A DNA stretch of 64,000 nucleotides from a virus. Lineage: Duplodnaviria; Heunggongvirae; Uroviricota; Caudoviricetes. The stretch lies in the IMG/VR virus record IMGVR_UViG_3300028906_000002; one strand, given 5' to 3'. The notes under the pieces were generated by a model. That model searched no databases. It worked only from the letters and a program-made list of their open reading frames with translations, and was not told the DNA's origin. The position numbers and the translations under genes are program-made. This document shows, piece by piece, positions 28,018 through 36,889 of this stretch. Numbering within the stretch: position 1 is the stretch's first letter; each line of letters starts with the position of its first letter.

Positions 28018-28515
28018 ATGAATAAAATGGCAAAAGGCCGACCTGGGCGACAATGGCATCGAAAGAGAGTCGCGAACGGCCATTATGAAAATGGTGGTTT
28101 GGGCACCCTACTGCCAAGGCTTCGTGCCCTGGGTTTTAAGAAATATTCAGAATATCTTTCTTCGGCGCACTGGCAAAATTTGCGATCCGAATTGATGATT
28201 TTGCGCAGTGCACAATGTGAAATATGTTTGGCAACCGGAGTAAGGATTTCCCTCCATCACAGGACATATGAACGGCTCGGAAGTGAAAGACATGAGGATA
28301 TTATCCTTGTATGTCCCGAATGCCACGATCGAATCCACGCTAGCGAGCGGATGGGTGGGAAAGGAGGCTTAGAAGGTGCTCTGAAGCGCGTTCGTCGTCA
28401 TATTCTCAAAAAACAAGGTCGTATGGAAGAGCTTAGGATTGATCGAATAGCCTCGAAATTGGCCGCCAGAAGATCCAAAGACGAGTGCGTTGCCAAGGGG
28501 CGCGAAACCGCGTAG
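28018..28515 (+). CDS. HNH endonuclease
   Basis: CEICLATGVRISLHHRTYERLGSERHEDIILVCPECHDRIH is a canonical HNH zinc-finger nuclease motif. The rest of ORF 27661-28515 upstream of Met120 lies in the structured region and is not considered coding. Confidence 0.7.
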   Translation: MNKMAKGRPGRQWHRKRVANGHYENGGLGTLLPRLRALGFKKYSEYLSSAHWQNLRSELMILRSAQCEICLATGVRISLHHRTYERLGSERHEDIILVCPECHDRIHASERMGGKGGLEGALKRVRRHILKKQGRMEELRIDRIASKLAARRSKDECVAKGRETA

Positions 28516-28646
28516 GTTCCTCTTGATCTCGGCGAGCAAACAGCGCGCCAGAGTACGGAATGGGGGCGCTGCCTTAACCATCCGTCGCTTTATGCCGGTT
28601 GGGCCGGTGCCGAGATCGCGGGAATGATCGATCGGGGGTTTAGCCT

Positions 28647-28991
28647 ATGCGCAGAGTTTTGATGGCTTTGGCTGCGCTGCTGTGCAGCACGGCATTGGCG
28701 CACGCCAACTCATTCGATCAGACAGCATGCATCAATTCGCTCGGCTATCAGCAGATCACGAATCTATCGTCGGCGGTGGGATTTACGAGCGTTCCGAGTG
28801 GAACGAATTATGCCGTGATTACGGTAGAGACGGCCGGAATCAGATGGCGAGATGATGGAACGGCACCAACGGCGTCGGTAGGGATGCCAGTCAGTTCTGG
28901 CCAGTCTTTTTCATACACGACTAGTTTCAGCAAATTTCAGGCTATCCAACAGACATCTGGGGCTATCCTAGATGTTTATTTTTGCAGATAG
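28647..28991 (+). CDS. secreted hypothetical protein
   Basis: Signal peptide MRRVLMALAALLCSTALAHA. Confidence 0.45.
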   Translation: MRRVLMALAALLCSTALAHANSFDQTACINSLGYQQITNLSSAVGFTSVPSGTNYAVITVETAGIRWRDDGTAPTASVGMPVSSGQSFSYTTSFSKFQAIQQTSGAILDVYFCR

Positions 28992-29888
28992 GTGATGGCC
29001 ATGAAAACCCTCCTCGCAACCGTCCTCTCGTGGCTTGCGCTGTCGGGCGCTGTGATGGCGCAGGGACCGATAGTGCCGAATGGGGCAGCGTATCAGCCGA
29101 CGCAGCAATCGTTCTTTTGCACCACAAATGGTATTACGGTTACTTGCGGTGGTTCAGGTAATTTTACTTGCGTAGCTGGGTTTCCCGCGACCTGCACGGC
29201 CCCTCCATCAATAACGGGTCTCATTCAAGTTGATGGGTGCGCCGCCGGTGGTGGCAATGGCCTCGGTCAAGCCTCGGCGAGTACGGCTGGCGGTGGTGGT
29301 GGCGGTGCGGGTGAATGCATAGCGCCTCCTTACCCCATCTCAGTTGCTCCAGGTCAATCGCTCAGCATCACCGTTGGAGCCGGAATCGCTAATGCGAATG
29401 GTGGCAATACCGCGATGTCAGGTGCTTCAACTCCAATGAAAACTCTTGTGGGCGGTCTAGTAGGCGCGCCCGGAGTGACAGCTGTCGGCGGTACTGGAGG
29501 CAGCGGGCGAGGTCCCTCGACTTCAGGGTCAAATGCCGGCGGAACAGCCGGCAATCCAGGACTCCCGGCTGTTCTAAATACTCCATATGCATGTGCTGGT
29601 TCAGGTGGCGGCGGCGGTGCATCAACGGCGGGTGCCGCTGGCAGCGGTGGTTCCCCGGGCAATTCGGCTGGCGCTGGCCCGATGACCGGTGGCACTCAAG
29701 GTGGAACGGATGGCGGCGGCGGTGGCGGAGCTTCCTGCTTTGGCAATGGTGGGGCAGGCGGAGCTAACGGTGCTGCTGGAAGTACGCCAACCATAGGCTT
29801 TGGTGGGGGTGCTGGAGGGAATGGCAGCAATAGCGCGACGACCGTTCCCGGCGCGAATGGCTTCCTTCGGATTACCGGATATTGGTAA
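28992..29888 (+). CDS. secreted glycine-rich protein
   Basis: Signal peptide. About 40% Gly with GGxGG repeats and Cys-rich N-terminal segment. Compositionally paralogous to 45713-46666. Confidence 0.5.
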   Translation: MMAMKTLLATVLSWLALSGAVMAQGPIVPNGAAYQPTQQSFFCTTNGITVTCGGSGNFTCVAGFPATCTAPPSITGLIQVDGCAAGGGNGLGQASASTAGGGGGGAGECIAPPYPISVAPGQSLSITVGAGIANANGGNTAMSGASTPMKTLVGGLVGAPGVTAVGGTGGSGRGPSTSGSNAGGTAGNPGLPAVLNTPYACAGSGGGGGASTAGAAGSGGSPGNSAGAGPMTGGTQGGTDGGGGGGASCFGNGGAGGANGAAGSTPTIGFGGGAGGNGSNSATTVPGANGFLRITGYW

Positions 29889-31306
29889 TGCGGAAAATTG
29901 GAATCGCTCTCGTCCTGGCTCTTGCCGCCTCCAATGCATACGCGCAGAGTCCGCTGCGTCGATCTTCGCAGGTCTATGCCAATCTGTCCGCGACCGGCTA
30001 TACGATCCCATCTGGATTTGTAGGATTCAGTGCTGAAGCCGGTGATCTCATAGCCGGATTTTACCAAGGCGCGACTGGGGCCAATGGTTCATGGCTCGGT
30101 GTTGCAAATCTGCTTGGAAGCAATGGTGTATTGAGGATCGGAGGAAACTCATCCGATCAAGCGGCAACCGCCCCAGCGTTGACTGCTGGCATAGCGAGCG
30201 GCCTCGCAACCTTCGTGGCTGGCCTCGGGGCAGGATGGAAGCTGGTCTATGGACTAAATCTTCAGATCAACAACAGTGCGACAGCTGCGACACAAGCTGG
30301 ATTGATCGCAACAGCCATGGGCGGCGGAGCGAACGCTGTCTTTCAGTTTGGCAACGAAGCCATCGGCAATTATGTCACGAAGTCCCAATACGAAACCAAC
30401 TGGAACGCCTATTACACAGCAGTTTCTGGAACGGTGTCGGGGCTAAAGGTAGCAGCCACCGACACGGAAGATTTCGGAGACACTCAAGCTGTCATCGCGG
30501 CTCTCACGCCCGGTGCAGCGGGAATGACCTATGTCACCCAACACTGGTACGGCTCGCTGAACGGCGCGCCGTATACGGTCGCAAGTGCATCGCAGATGGT
30601 TTCGACCGTCGCGATAAATTATTATTTGAATTCAGGCACGGGAAACGCAGCACTCCCCTATTCAGGGTACGAGATAAATAACAACTGGGCCGCTGCCAAT
30701 GGCATTAAACTACGTCTCTCCGAGAGCAATAACATCAACAATCTCGGATTGTTGACCTACAGCGACCGAATGATGAGCGCGACGTGGTATATTAATGAGG
30801 CTATCGCGTTCTCGAACATGGGGTGGGACGGGATCAACACTCATGTTGCCTATGGCAATGGAGCGGGAAACGGCATAGGCAAATACAATCCAATCGTCAG
30901 CAAGGACGGCGGAACGACTTATCAGGCTGCGCCAGAGTTCTATGGTCAATATCTGTTCGCAAAGATTGAGGGACAACAGACGGTCGAAGTGTCGATAGGT
31001 GGCAACGCAAACCTCAACGCCATCGCGACGAAGGGCACTAACGGAAACGCAAATATCCTTGTTGTAAATAATGATCCGAATAATGTGGCTTACGTCTCAT
31101 TCGGGCAATCATTAGCATGGACAACGGCGAATGTTCTGCCGCTGTCGGGAACGAGTTGTTCAGATACTGCCCCAACGCTGGGGGGCTCGATCATCGGTCC
31201 AGGAGGTTCGTGGTCAGGATCGTCTACTGCCGTAAATAGCGTCGGAGGCATTGGCAGTACAGCCATTCTGCCCTGCGGCATAGTCCTGATCCAGATACAG
31301 CCATGA
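29882..31306 (+). CDS. secreted 474-aa protein, possible glycoside-hydrolase-like
   Basis: Signal peptide MVMRKIGIALVLALAASNAYA. Long N/G/S/T-rich globular body. No catalytic motif assigned. Confidence 0.5.
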   Translation: MVMRKIGIALVLALAASNAYAQSPLRRSSQVYANLSATGYTIPSGFVGFSAEAGDLIAGFYQGATGANGSWLGVANLLGSNGVLRIGGNSSDQAATAPALTAGIASGLATFVAGLGAGWKLVYGLNLQINNSATAATQAGLIATAMGGGANAVFQFGNEAIGNYVTKSQYETNWNAYYTAVSGTVSGLKVAATDTEDFGDTQAVIAALTPGAAGMTYVTQHWYGSLNGAPYTVASASQMVSTVAINYYLNSGTGNAALPYSGYEINNNWAAANGIKLRLSESNNINNLGLLTYSDRMMSATWYINEAIAFSNMGWDGINTHVAYGNGAGNGIGKYNPIVSKDGGTTYQAAPEFYGQYLFAKIEGQQTVEVSIGGNANLNAIATKGTNGNANILVVNNDPNNVAYVSFGQSLAWTTANVLPLSGTSCSDTAPTLGGSIIGPGGSWSGSSTAVNSVGGIGSTAILPCGIVLIQIQP

Positions 31307-31516
31307 TTGAAAGATAGCCTGATGCCAGTTCAATCCGCCAAACTCAAATCCTCATGGCTTACCGATGCGACCTATGACGACGCGACACAGACGCTAACGG
31401 TGACAACGGCGAGCGGGACGAAGCACGCGCACCAGGTTCCCCCGCACGTGTTTGCTGAACTGATGGCGGCGCCGAGTCCCGGTAAATTTTATAATGCTGT
31501 GCTGAGGCAGAAATGA
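31307..31516 (+). CDS. KTSC-domain protein
   Basis: PVQSAKLKSSWLTDATYDDATQTLTV...HQVPPHVFAELMAAPSPGKFYNAVLR matches the KTSC domain consensus. Confidence 0.65.
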   Translation: MKDSLMPVQSAKLKSSWLTDATYDDATQTLTVTTASGTKHAHQVPPHVFAELMAAPSPGKFYNAVLRQK

Positions 31517-31860
31517 CGGACGACGCCAAGCCAGCGAGCGATATAATCCCGCCCGGGCAGGCGATCGAATCTTCGCGCCGGCTGGATACGCATCTAACCA
31601 AGGCGATCCGTGACACGCGGCGCGGGAGCCTTGCCGGCAAGATCGCAGATATTACCGAGCAGATGGGCGATTTTGCTCAGGAAACCCACGTCGTTCTTGA
31701 TGGTATTTCCGACAAGATCGCAACTGCCAGAATGAAGCGTGATGAGGCGGCAGAGGCACAGCACGCACACTTCGACGGCTTGATTGGCGATTTCCAAGAT
31801 ACGATCGACGCGGTCGATAGGCTCTCAAATTTTCCTTTAGACAGAGGTGGCGAGAAATGA
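31513..31860 (+). CDS. hypothetical protein
   Basis: ATGA-coupled. Confidence 0.4.
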   Translation: MTDDAKPASDIIPPGQAIESSRRLDTHLTKAIRDTRRGSLAGKIADITEQMGDFAQETHVVLDGISDKIATARMKRDEAAEAQHAHFDGLIGDFQDTIDAVDRLSNFPLDRGGEK

Positions 31861-32189
31861 ATCCTCCTATTATTGACCGCCTGAACGCGCGGATTGCCGC
31901 CGAGCCGGCGCTGACCAGCCTCGACACGCTGTTTGTGGACTTGCAGGATGCCCGGGATGAGATCACGAGCCTGGACGCCAAGGTAACGACACTGGCGACC
32001 GCAGCGCTGAAGCCTATGACCATCCAGGCTGCACCACAACCGACTACAGCCACCGCTAGCGTAACCGAGGTCTATGCGCTAATGGTTGACGCCAAGGAAC
32101 GGCTGGCGGTCCATGCGTTATCAACGGTCGCGGACTATATTGACCGAGCCATCAAGCTTTTGGAGCCAACTCCCAAGGAGACGACATGA
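31857..32189 (+). CDS. hypothetical protein (paralog A)
   Basis: C-terminal EVYALMVDAKERLAVHALSTVADYIDRAIKLLEP aligns with C-terminus of the next gene. Confidence 0.4.
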   Translation: MNPPIIDRLNARIAAEPALTSLDTLFVDLQDARDEITSLDAKVTTLATAALKPMTIQAAPQPTTATASVTEVYALMVDAKERLAVHALSTVADYIDRAIKLLEPTPKETT

Positions 32190-32458
32190 CCGACGAAACA
32201 CAGCCGACCGTAGCAGCCACTCTGACGCCAGCGCCAACCACGACATTGGGACTATCTCCGTTCGCATCCAATAATCCGACCGCACTCGGCAATCAGCCGA
32301 AAGCCGCAAAGCAGCCAGCGGCAGGCGATGTTGCGGAAGCAATCACGCTCCTGCAGGACGCGAAGGAGCGGCTGGCCGTCAACTCGTTGTCCGATGTCGG
32401 GTATTTCATTGGGCGGGCGATTACCCTCCTCGGAGGTCCGAACGATGCCGGGCTTTGA
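32186..32458 (+). CDS. hypothetical protein (paralog B)
   Basis: C-terminal EAITLLQDAKERLAVNSLSDVGYFIGRAITLLGGP. Confidence 0.4.
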   Translation: MTDETQPTVAATLTPAPTTTLGLSPFASNNPTALGNQPKAAKQPAAGDVAEAITLLQDAKERLAVNSLSDVGYFIGRAITLLGGPNDAGL

Positions 32459-32744
32459 TGATCTGGTAGATTGTGCCCGAGTCGCTTCTAGCGACAAATT
32501 CAGTTGCGAGAAGTATTTGCGCCAGAAGGCAAAGGAAGCTAACTGCCGATTGATCGGACCTGACTTTAAGGTCAATCAAGATGCCCTTGTGTTCGTCCTC
32601 AAAAAGGATGGCATTAACGGTCATGCGGTGGTCTCACTGTCTGGATTGGAAATGCTCCAGAATGCGACTGAGGAGTCGATCAAGGATTTGATCAAAACTC
32701 GCTTTGGCAATGCACTCAAGACACTGCTCAAGATAGGAGACTGA
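32445..32744 (+). CDS. hypothetical protein
   Basis: Met40 of ORF 32328. Confidence 0.35.
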   Translation: MPGFDDLVDCARVASSDKFSCEKYLRQKAKEANCRLIGPDFKVNQDALVFVLKKDGINGHAVVSLSGLEMLQNATEESIKDLIKTRFGNALKTLLKIGD

Positions 32745-32745
32745 T

Positions 32746-33360
32746 TTGCCTGGCATCAAAGGTACGGTTAAGGAATTCGAGGCCGGAAAATTGCATAGCG
32801 GATCGAAACATGGTCCAGTCGTGAAGTCACTAGCGCAGGCCCGCGCCATTGGGCTGTCCGAAGAACGCAAGGAGGGCCATAAAGTGGCTAAGAAGCACGA
32901 ACCGCACCACGAAGCTACCGCCCCTGGTCATATGGGAAAAGTTCACAACCACCATGAGGAGCAAGGTCATATGACCAAAGCTCCGAGGCACGCTGAGCGC
33001 GACGGCGCCGGCCGTGGGGGCCATGACATGGACTACCATTCGGCAAGTGAGCACAAGGCTCCGCATCACCCTTCGAGGGGTGAGGCTGCAACGAACATGT
33101 CCCCGGGCTCGTTCGGCTATCCCGGCCAGAGCATGCGCCTCAATGAGGGCGACAAAGATCATGTGCTTGTCGGCGGGAACTACGACCAGTCGATGCACGA
33201 ACCGGCTAAACTGACGAACGTCAAGGGGCCTGCGGGCGGCATTGGCATGACGGCTGGCATGGGCAAGACGCCATCGGGATACGGGCACAAAGCATCGCAA
33301 CGCGACGGGGTGCATAGACTTTCTGGCCATAGTGGCGCGCATCGCCTCGGGAAAAGGTAA
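32746..33360 (+). CDS. histidine-rich protein
   Basis: N-terminus MPGIKGTVKEFEAGKLHSGSKHGPVVKSLAQARAIGLSEERKEG. Body has about 14% His (HHEATAPGHMGKVHNHHEEQGH...). Confidence 0.4.
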   Translation: MPGIKGTVKEFEAGKLHSGSKHGPVVKSLAQARAIGLSEERKEGHKVAKKHEPHHEATAPGHMGKVHNHHEEQGHMTKAPRHAERDGAGRGGHDMDYHSASEHKAPHHPSRGEAATNMSPGSFGYPGQSMRLNEGDKDHVLVGGNYDQSMHEPAKLTNVKGPAGGIGMTAGMGKTPSGYGHKASQRDGVHRLSGHSGAHRLGKR

Positions 33361-33362
33361 CG

Positions 33363-33548
33363 ATGTCAGACGGTTACGCGCCATGTATCTACCAACTGAT
33401 GGATGGCCGTTTCACCAAATGGTTCTGCCGTTCGCACAAGCGAGAAGCGGACCATATCTGTCTCAATCCTCGCGGTCGGATTACTGTCTCATGCTCGCCT
33501 AATCTCGGTGGGATAACTATTCCATGTCAGTGCGAACGGATTAAATAA
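33363..33548 (+). CDS. hypothetical Cys-rich protein
   Basis: 61-aa ORF. Confidence 0.3.
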   Translation: MSDGYAPCIYQLMDGRFTKWFCRSHKREADHICLNPRGRITVSCSPNLGGITIPCQCERIK

Positions 33549-33592
33549 CCGCGCTGGACGGCATCCAGCATAGCAGAAGTAGGAAGAAGCAG

Positions 33593-33997
33593 ATGTTTAC
33601 GATAAAGTTCTATAGCGGAGACGGTTGCCGGCAGATAATCCGAGAGGCCGAAAGCTTCACGATTTTGCGGTGTCCTCCCAGGCCTGACGATGATGGCTCG
33701 GCGGAAATCACGCTTCATCAGAAGGTTGGTTTTGAATCATGTCGGATTGATATTGGGGACGATAGCAAAGCTTCATTGCCAGAGGGATTTCCACCCCGAT
33801 TTGCCAAGGCCATCATCGAGAACTCGGCTGGCCGAACTACGGAAATCATCCAGATTAAGCCGAGCAGTCCAAAGGTTTCACAGCAAATCAAACAAGCCCT
33901 TGATACGATGAAGAAACAGCCCCTGAGGCAACCACAGCAATATTTCGAACAAGAGAAGGGCTATGCCAATCAGCCTGCTCAGGCTCAAGAATCATGA
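33593..33997 (+). CDS. hypothetical protein
   Basis: 134-aa ORF. Confidence 0.35.
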   Translation: MFTIKFYSGDGCRQIIREAESFTILRCPPRPDDDGSAEITLHQKVGFESCRIDIGDDSKASLPEGFPPRFAKAIIENSAGRTTEIIQIKPSSPKVSQQIKQALDTMKKQPLRQPQQYFEQEKGYANQPAQAQES

Positions 33998-34716
33998 AGA
34001 AACCTGAAGCCCGTTCATTGCGCGAGATCATTGAGGACGCCATCACGGGCGAGAGTTCTATCTATTTGGTCCGCCACGGATCGACCACCCTGAACCGTGG
34101 CGGCGCTGGCAAAGATTTGATTCGCGGATGGCGGGATGTTCCGCTTTCAAGCGAGGGAATCTCCCAAGCGCATCGCATCGCCAACGATCTCGAAGATTGT
34201 GACTTTCGCATCATCCGTACCTCAGACCTGATTCGCGCCGAGAAGACGGCGGACATCATCGCTGATGCAACCGGAGCAGAGGTCGAATCACTGCCTGAAC
34301 TGCGGTCATGGAACCTTGGACCTAAATTCGAGGGCAAGCTGACGAACGCCAAGATAGTCGATGAGATCAAAGACCTCGTGGAGAACGACGACAAGACGCC
34401 AGAGGGTGGAGAATCATTCAACGACTTTGTGCAGCGCGTCATTGATTGCGCAATGCCGATATTCGAGGATGCCAAGGGCGAGACGGCGATCGTGACGCAT
34501 GGTCGCTGCGTGCAGATAATTTCGCTGTGGATCGCGGCGGATTGCGATCTGGACTGCATGCGGCGGGAATATGCGACTGAACTGGCGTCGGAGCCTGATT
34601 CGATCTCGCCTGGCGGGTATCTGGAATTGAAGAAGATTGACGGCCGCTGGCGGTGTCTCCAGGAGGAAAATTACTCCGAGGATGGCGAGAAGCCTAAGGC
34701 TATAGTTGGATCGTGA
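33994..34716 (+). CDS. histidine phosphatase superfamily protein (phosphoglycerate-mutase-like)
   Basis: IYLVRHGSTTLN catalytic RHG motif at N-terminus. A second His motif is IVTHGRCV. Confidence 0.65.
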   Translation: MKKPEARSLREIIEDAITGESSIYLVRHGSTTLNRGGAGKDLIRGWRDVPLSSEGISQAHRIANDLEDCDFRIIRTSDLIRAEKTADIIADATGAEVESLPELRSWNLGPKFEGKLTNAKIVDEIKDLVENDDKTPEGGESFNDFVQRVIDCAMPIFEDAKGETAIVTHGRCVQIISLWIAADCDLDCMRREYATELASEPDSISPGGYLELKKIDGRWRCLQEENYSEDGEKPKAIVGS

Positions 34717-35152
34717 TATGGCCGCGCAACCACCATTTGCCGTACAGCCATCACAGAATACCCAGCTTCCCACGCTGCAGGAAATGCAGTTCCTCAATTG
34801 GCTCAAACAAAATAACGTCCCATTCAATCCAAACGCCCAGCAGTCCGATTATGATATGAGGGGATTCTATCGAGGTATGCAGCAGGGAAACCCGATGGCG
34901 ACGACCGGGATAAACCCGAATGACAACCTCATGCATTACACGGACTATTGGAAAACGCCATCGCATCAGTCTTTCTCTGCAGGTTCCCAGTGGGCAACCC
35001 CGAGCACTCCAGATTGGATCAATGATAGTCAGTTGGCGGCACCGAGCGGGAAAATCGTGTTTGACGAGAAGCTTGCGAATGCACCTACCACTCCCGATAA
35101 TCTGATGGACAAAGCCATGATGGGCCTAATGCAGTCTCCGACTGGACAATGA
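34706..35152 (+). CDS. hypothetical protein
   Basis: 148-aa ORF, Q/N/P-rich. Confidence 0.4.
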   Translation: MDRDMAAQPPFAVQPSQNTQLPTLQEMQFLNWLKQNNVPFNPNAQQSDYDMRGFYRGMQQGNPMATTGINPNDNLMHYTDYWKTPSHQSFSAGSQWATPSTPDWINDSQLAAPSGKIVFDEKLANAPTTPDNLMDKAMMGLMQSPTGQ

Positions 35153-35156
35153 TTAG

Positions 35157-35405
35157 ATGAGAACGGGAACGGCGATATTCATCCTCGGGATTATATTCCT
35201 AGCCATGAATTCGGCGGGGTTCCGGAATGCGCTGTTCGGGCTTGTGGTGATTGTCGGCGTCGCGGTTGAGGTGCTGATAGTTTACGGCTCCGACAAGCCG
35301 CAGACGATATTCTATGATCATGACGCGCATCCTGCATTTCTGCTGCGGGTGGGTGATTCGTGCCCGGGCGATCGGCATGTGTGGAATGGATGGTGTGTGA
35401 AATGA
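35157..35405 (+). CDS. small membrane protein
   Basis: Two TM helices. Confidence 0.4.
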   Translation: MRTGTAIFILGIIFLAMNSAGFRNALFGLVVIVGVAVEVLIVYGSDKPQTIFYDHDAHPAFLLRVGDSCPGDRHVWNGWCVK

Positions 35406-35409
35406 CTAT

Positions 35410-35486
35410 ACCTCGGTAGCTCAGTGGGTAGAGCGTCCGTTTGTTTAACGGAAGGTCGATGGTTCGAGCCCATTCCCGAGGTGCCA
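35410..35486 (+). tRNA. tRNA-Asn (anticodon GTT)
   Basis: Manual cloverleaf: D-stem GCTC/GAGC, anticodon stem TCCGT/ACGGA with loop TTGTTTA, T-loop TTCGAGC, encoded CCA. One-nt irregularity at acceptor/T junction. Confidence 0.55.
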
Positions 35487-35571
35487 CGCTCTTGCTAATA
35501 CCGGCCCATTGATCTAGAAACCTCCCATGAACGCGAACCGCCATATTTCCCCCGATCGACCGCGCCCATCT

Positions 35572-35647
35572 CAGGGCGTGGGGAAAATGGTATCCCGCCG
35601 CATCTGGAGTGCGGAGATTGTCGGTTCGAGCCCGACCGCCCTGACCA
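35572..35647 (+). tRNA. tRNA-Pro (anticodon TGG)
   Basis: Acceptor CAGGGCG/CGCCCTG, D-stem GGGA/TCCC, anticodon stem CCGCA/TGCGG with loop TCTGGAG, T-arm GTCGG-TTCGAGC-CCGAC, encoded CCA. Confidence 0.6.
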
Positions 35648-35669
35648 TAACGACCACACGCTAGCTTTT

Positions 35670-35746
35670 GCTGGCGTAGCTCAGATGGGAGAGCATCCGT
35701 TTTGTACTCGGAAGGTCGGGAGTTCGAATCTACCCCGCCAGCCCCA
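35670..35746 (+). tRNA. tRNA-Thr-like (anticodon TGT)
   Basis: Perfect acceptor GCTGGCG/CGCCAGC and D-arm. Anticodon loop TTTGTAC. T-loop TTCGAAT. Encoded CCA. One extra nt in T-arm region. Confidence 0.5.
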
Positions 35747-35905
35747 AGTTTACCGCAGGGTCGCCAAGTCTGGTTACGGGTGCGATTCCCCGGAATGCGA
35801 TGACTATGAGACAAACCGCGATTACGGTTAAAATGGCTTTCGTATATCGATCAACCATAGAAAAACCTCTTCTGCTATTATGGCCGCCTCAGTTGGCGAC
35901 CTCTT

Positions 35906-36733
35906 TCATTTGGCCTGTCCGCTTCGGTCACGTTGATTGGCGTCAGCAATATCGTCATCGGAGGGAGCGCCGTCTTCGTCGGCCAAAATCTCTTTATCGA
36001 TTTCGAGCTTCTGAATCAGCCGCTCGATTTCTTTCACGCCAATGTTGCCGCTCACGATCAAGCGGAAACTGGCATCTTTCGCCAGCATCCCCGTAGTTAA
36101 CTCTCGTTCTCCGGCCATAACCTTTACCTTTCCGCCAAGAGGGGGCGGCGGCGGCGGATTTTGCTCTTCCTGCGCCTCTCCTCCGGCATCCTCTTCCTCT
36201 GGCTGGCGGGCGCCAGCGATAGGGTCAGGTTTATCAGAACTAGTGAGTCCTGCATAGGATATAGTGGCGTCATAAACCTTCAAAAAGTCGCGCGCTCCAG
36301 CCTCTCCGAACTTGTGCTTAAACATCAGATCATCAAGACAGGCAGCGTCGGCGGGACGGTCAGTTCCCCACTGGCTCCAGAAAAAGGCGATTTGCTTCGG
36401 GAGTAGCGCCGCTTTCTTTATGACCGTTTGCTTGGTCTCCTCCTGCGCCGATCGCAGATATGCCTTTCCCCAATCGGACGTGACGATATAGCGATCTTTG
36501 CCGCCCCCTTGGTATTCTAACAATCCATAATAGCGCAGTGCCGCAGTGGTGCGATCAACGTATGCCTTCCCCTTGATACCCCAAGCCTCCCCGATCTTTT
36601 CAGGACGGGCCGGGCTTCGTTTGAAATGGGCATCAAACTCGACGAGCCGCTCAATAGCAGCCTTTAGCGGGATATTCGGATATGCCGGGCTTCGATCCCG
36701 TTGAACTGATGGTGGCGGCACTGCATCCGTCAT
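35906..36733 (-). CDS. hypothetical 275-aa protein with acidic Pro-rich linker
   Basis: Leftward gene with AGGAGG RBS and upstream TTGACA / CATATA promoter-like elements (36759-36787). Unknown function. Confidence 0.45.
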   Translation of the reverse strand: MTDAVPPPSVQRDRSPAYPNIPLKAAIERLVEFDAHFKRSPARPEKIGEAWGIKGKAYVDRTTAALRYYGLLEYQGGGKDRYIVTSDWGKAYLRSAQEETKQTVIKKAALLPKQIAFFWSQWGTDRPADAACLDDLMFKHKFGEAGARDFLKVYDATISYAGLTSSDKPDPIAGARQPEEEDAGGEAQEEQNPPPPPPLGGKVKVMAGERELTTGMLAKDASFRLIVSGNIGVKEIERLIQKLEIDKEILADEDGAPSDDDIADANQRDRSGQAK

Positions 36734-36889
36734 GGCTTTGCCCTCCTATGGCAAAGCGTATATGGAACCGAGGCGGATAAATGTCAACGACAATTTTATT
36801 TTTATCAGTTTTTTATCACAGATAGGCTTGACGGATAGATAGATAGTCCTCATGGTGGCTTCGGAACGGAGGTCGTCATGTTTAGGAGG

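Noticed and set aside
35191-35814. 207-aa minus-strand ORF
   Set aside because: Overlaps all three tRNA genes. Spurious.
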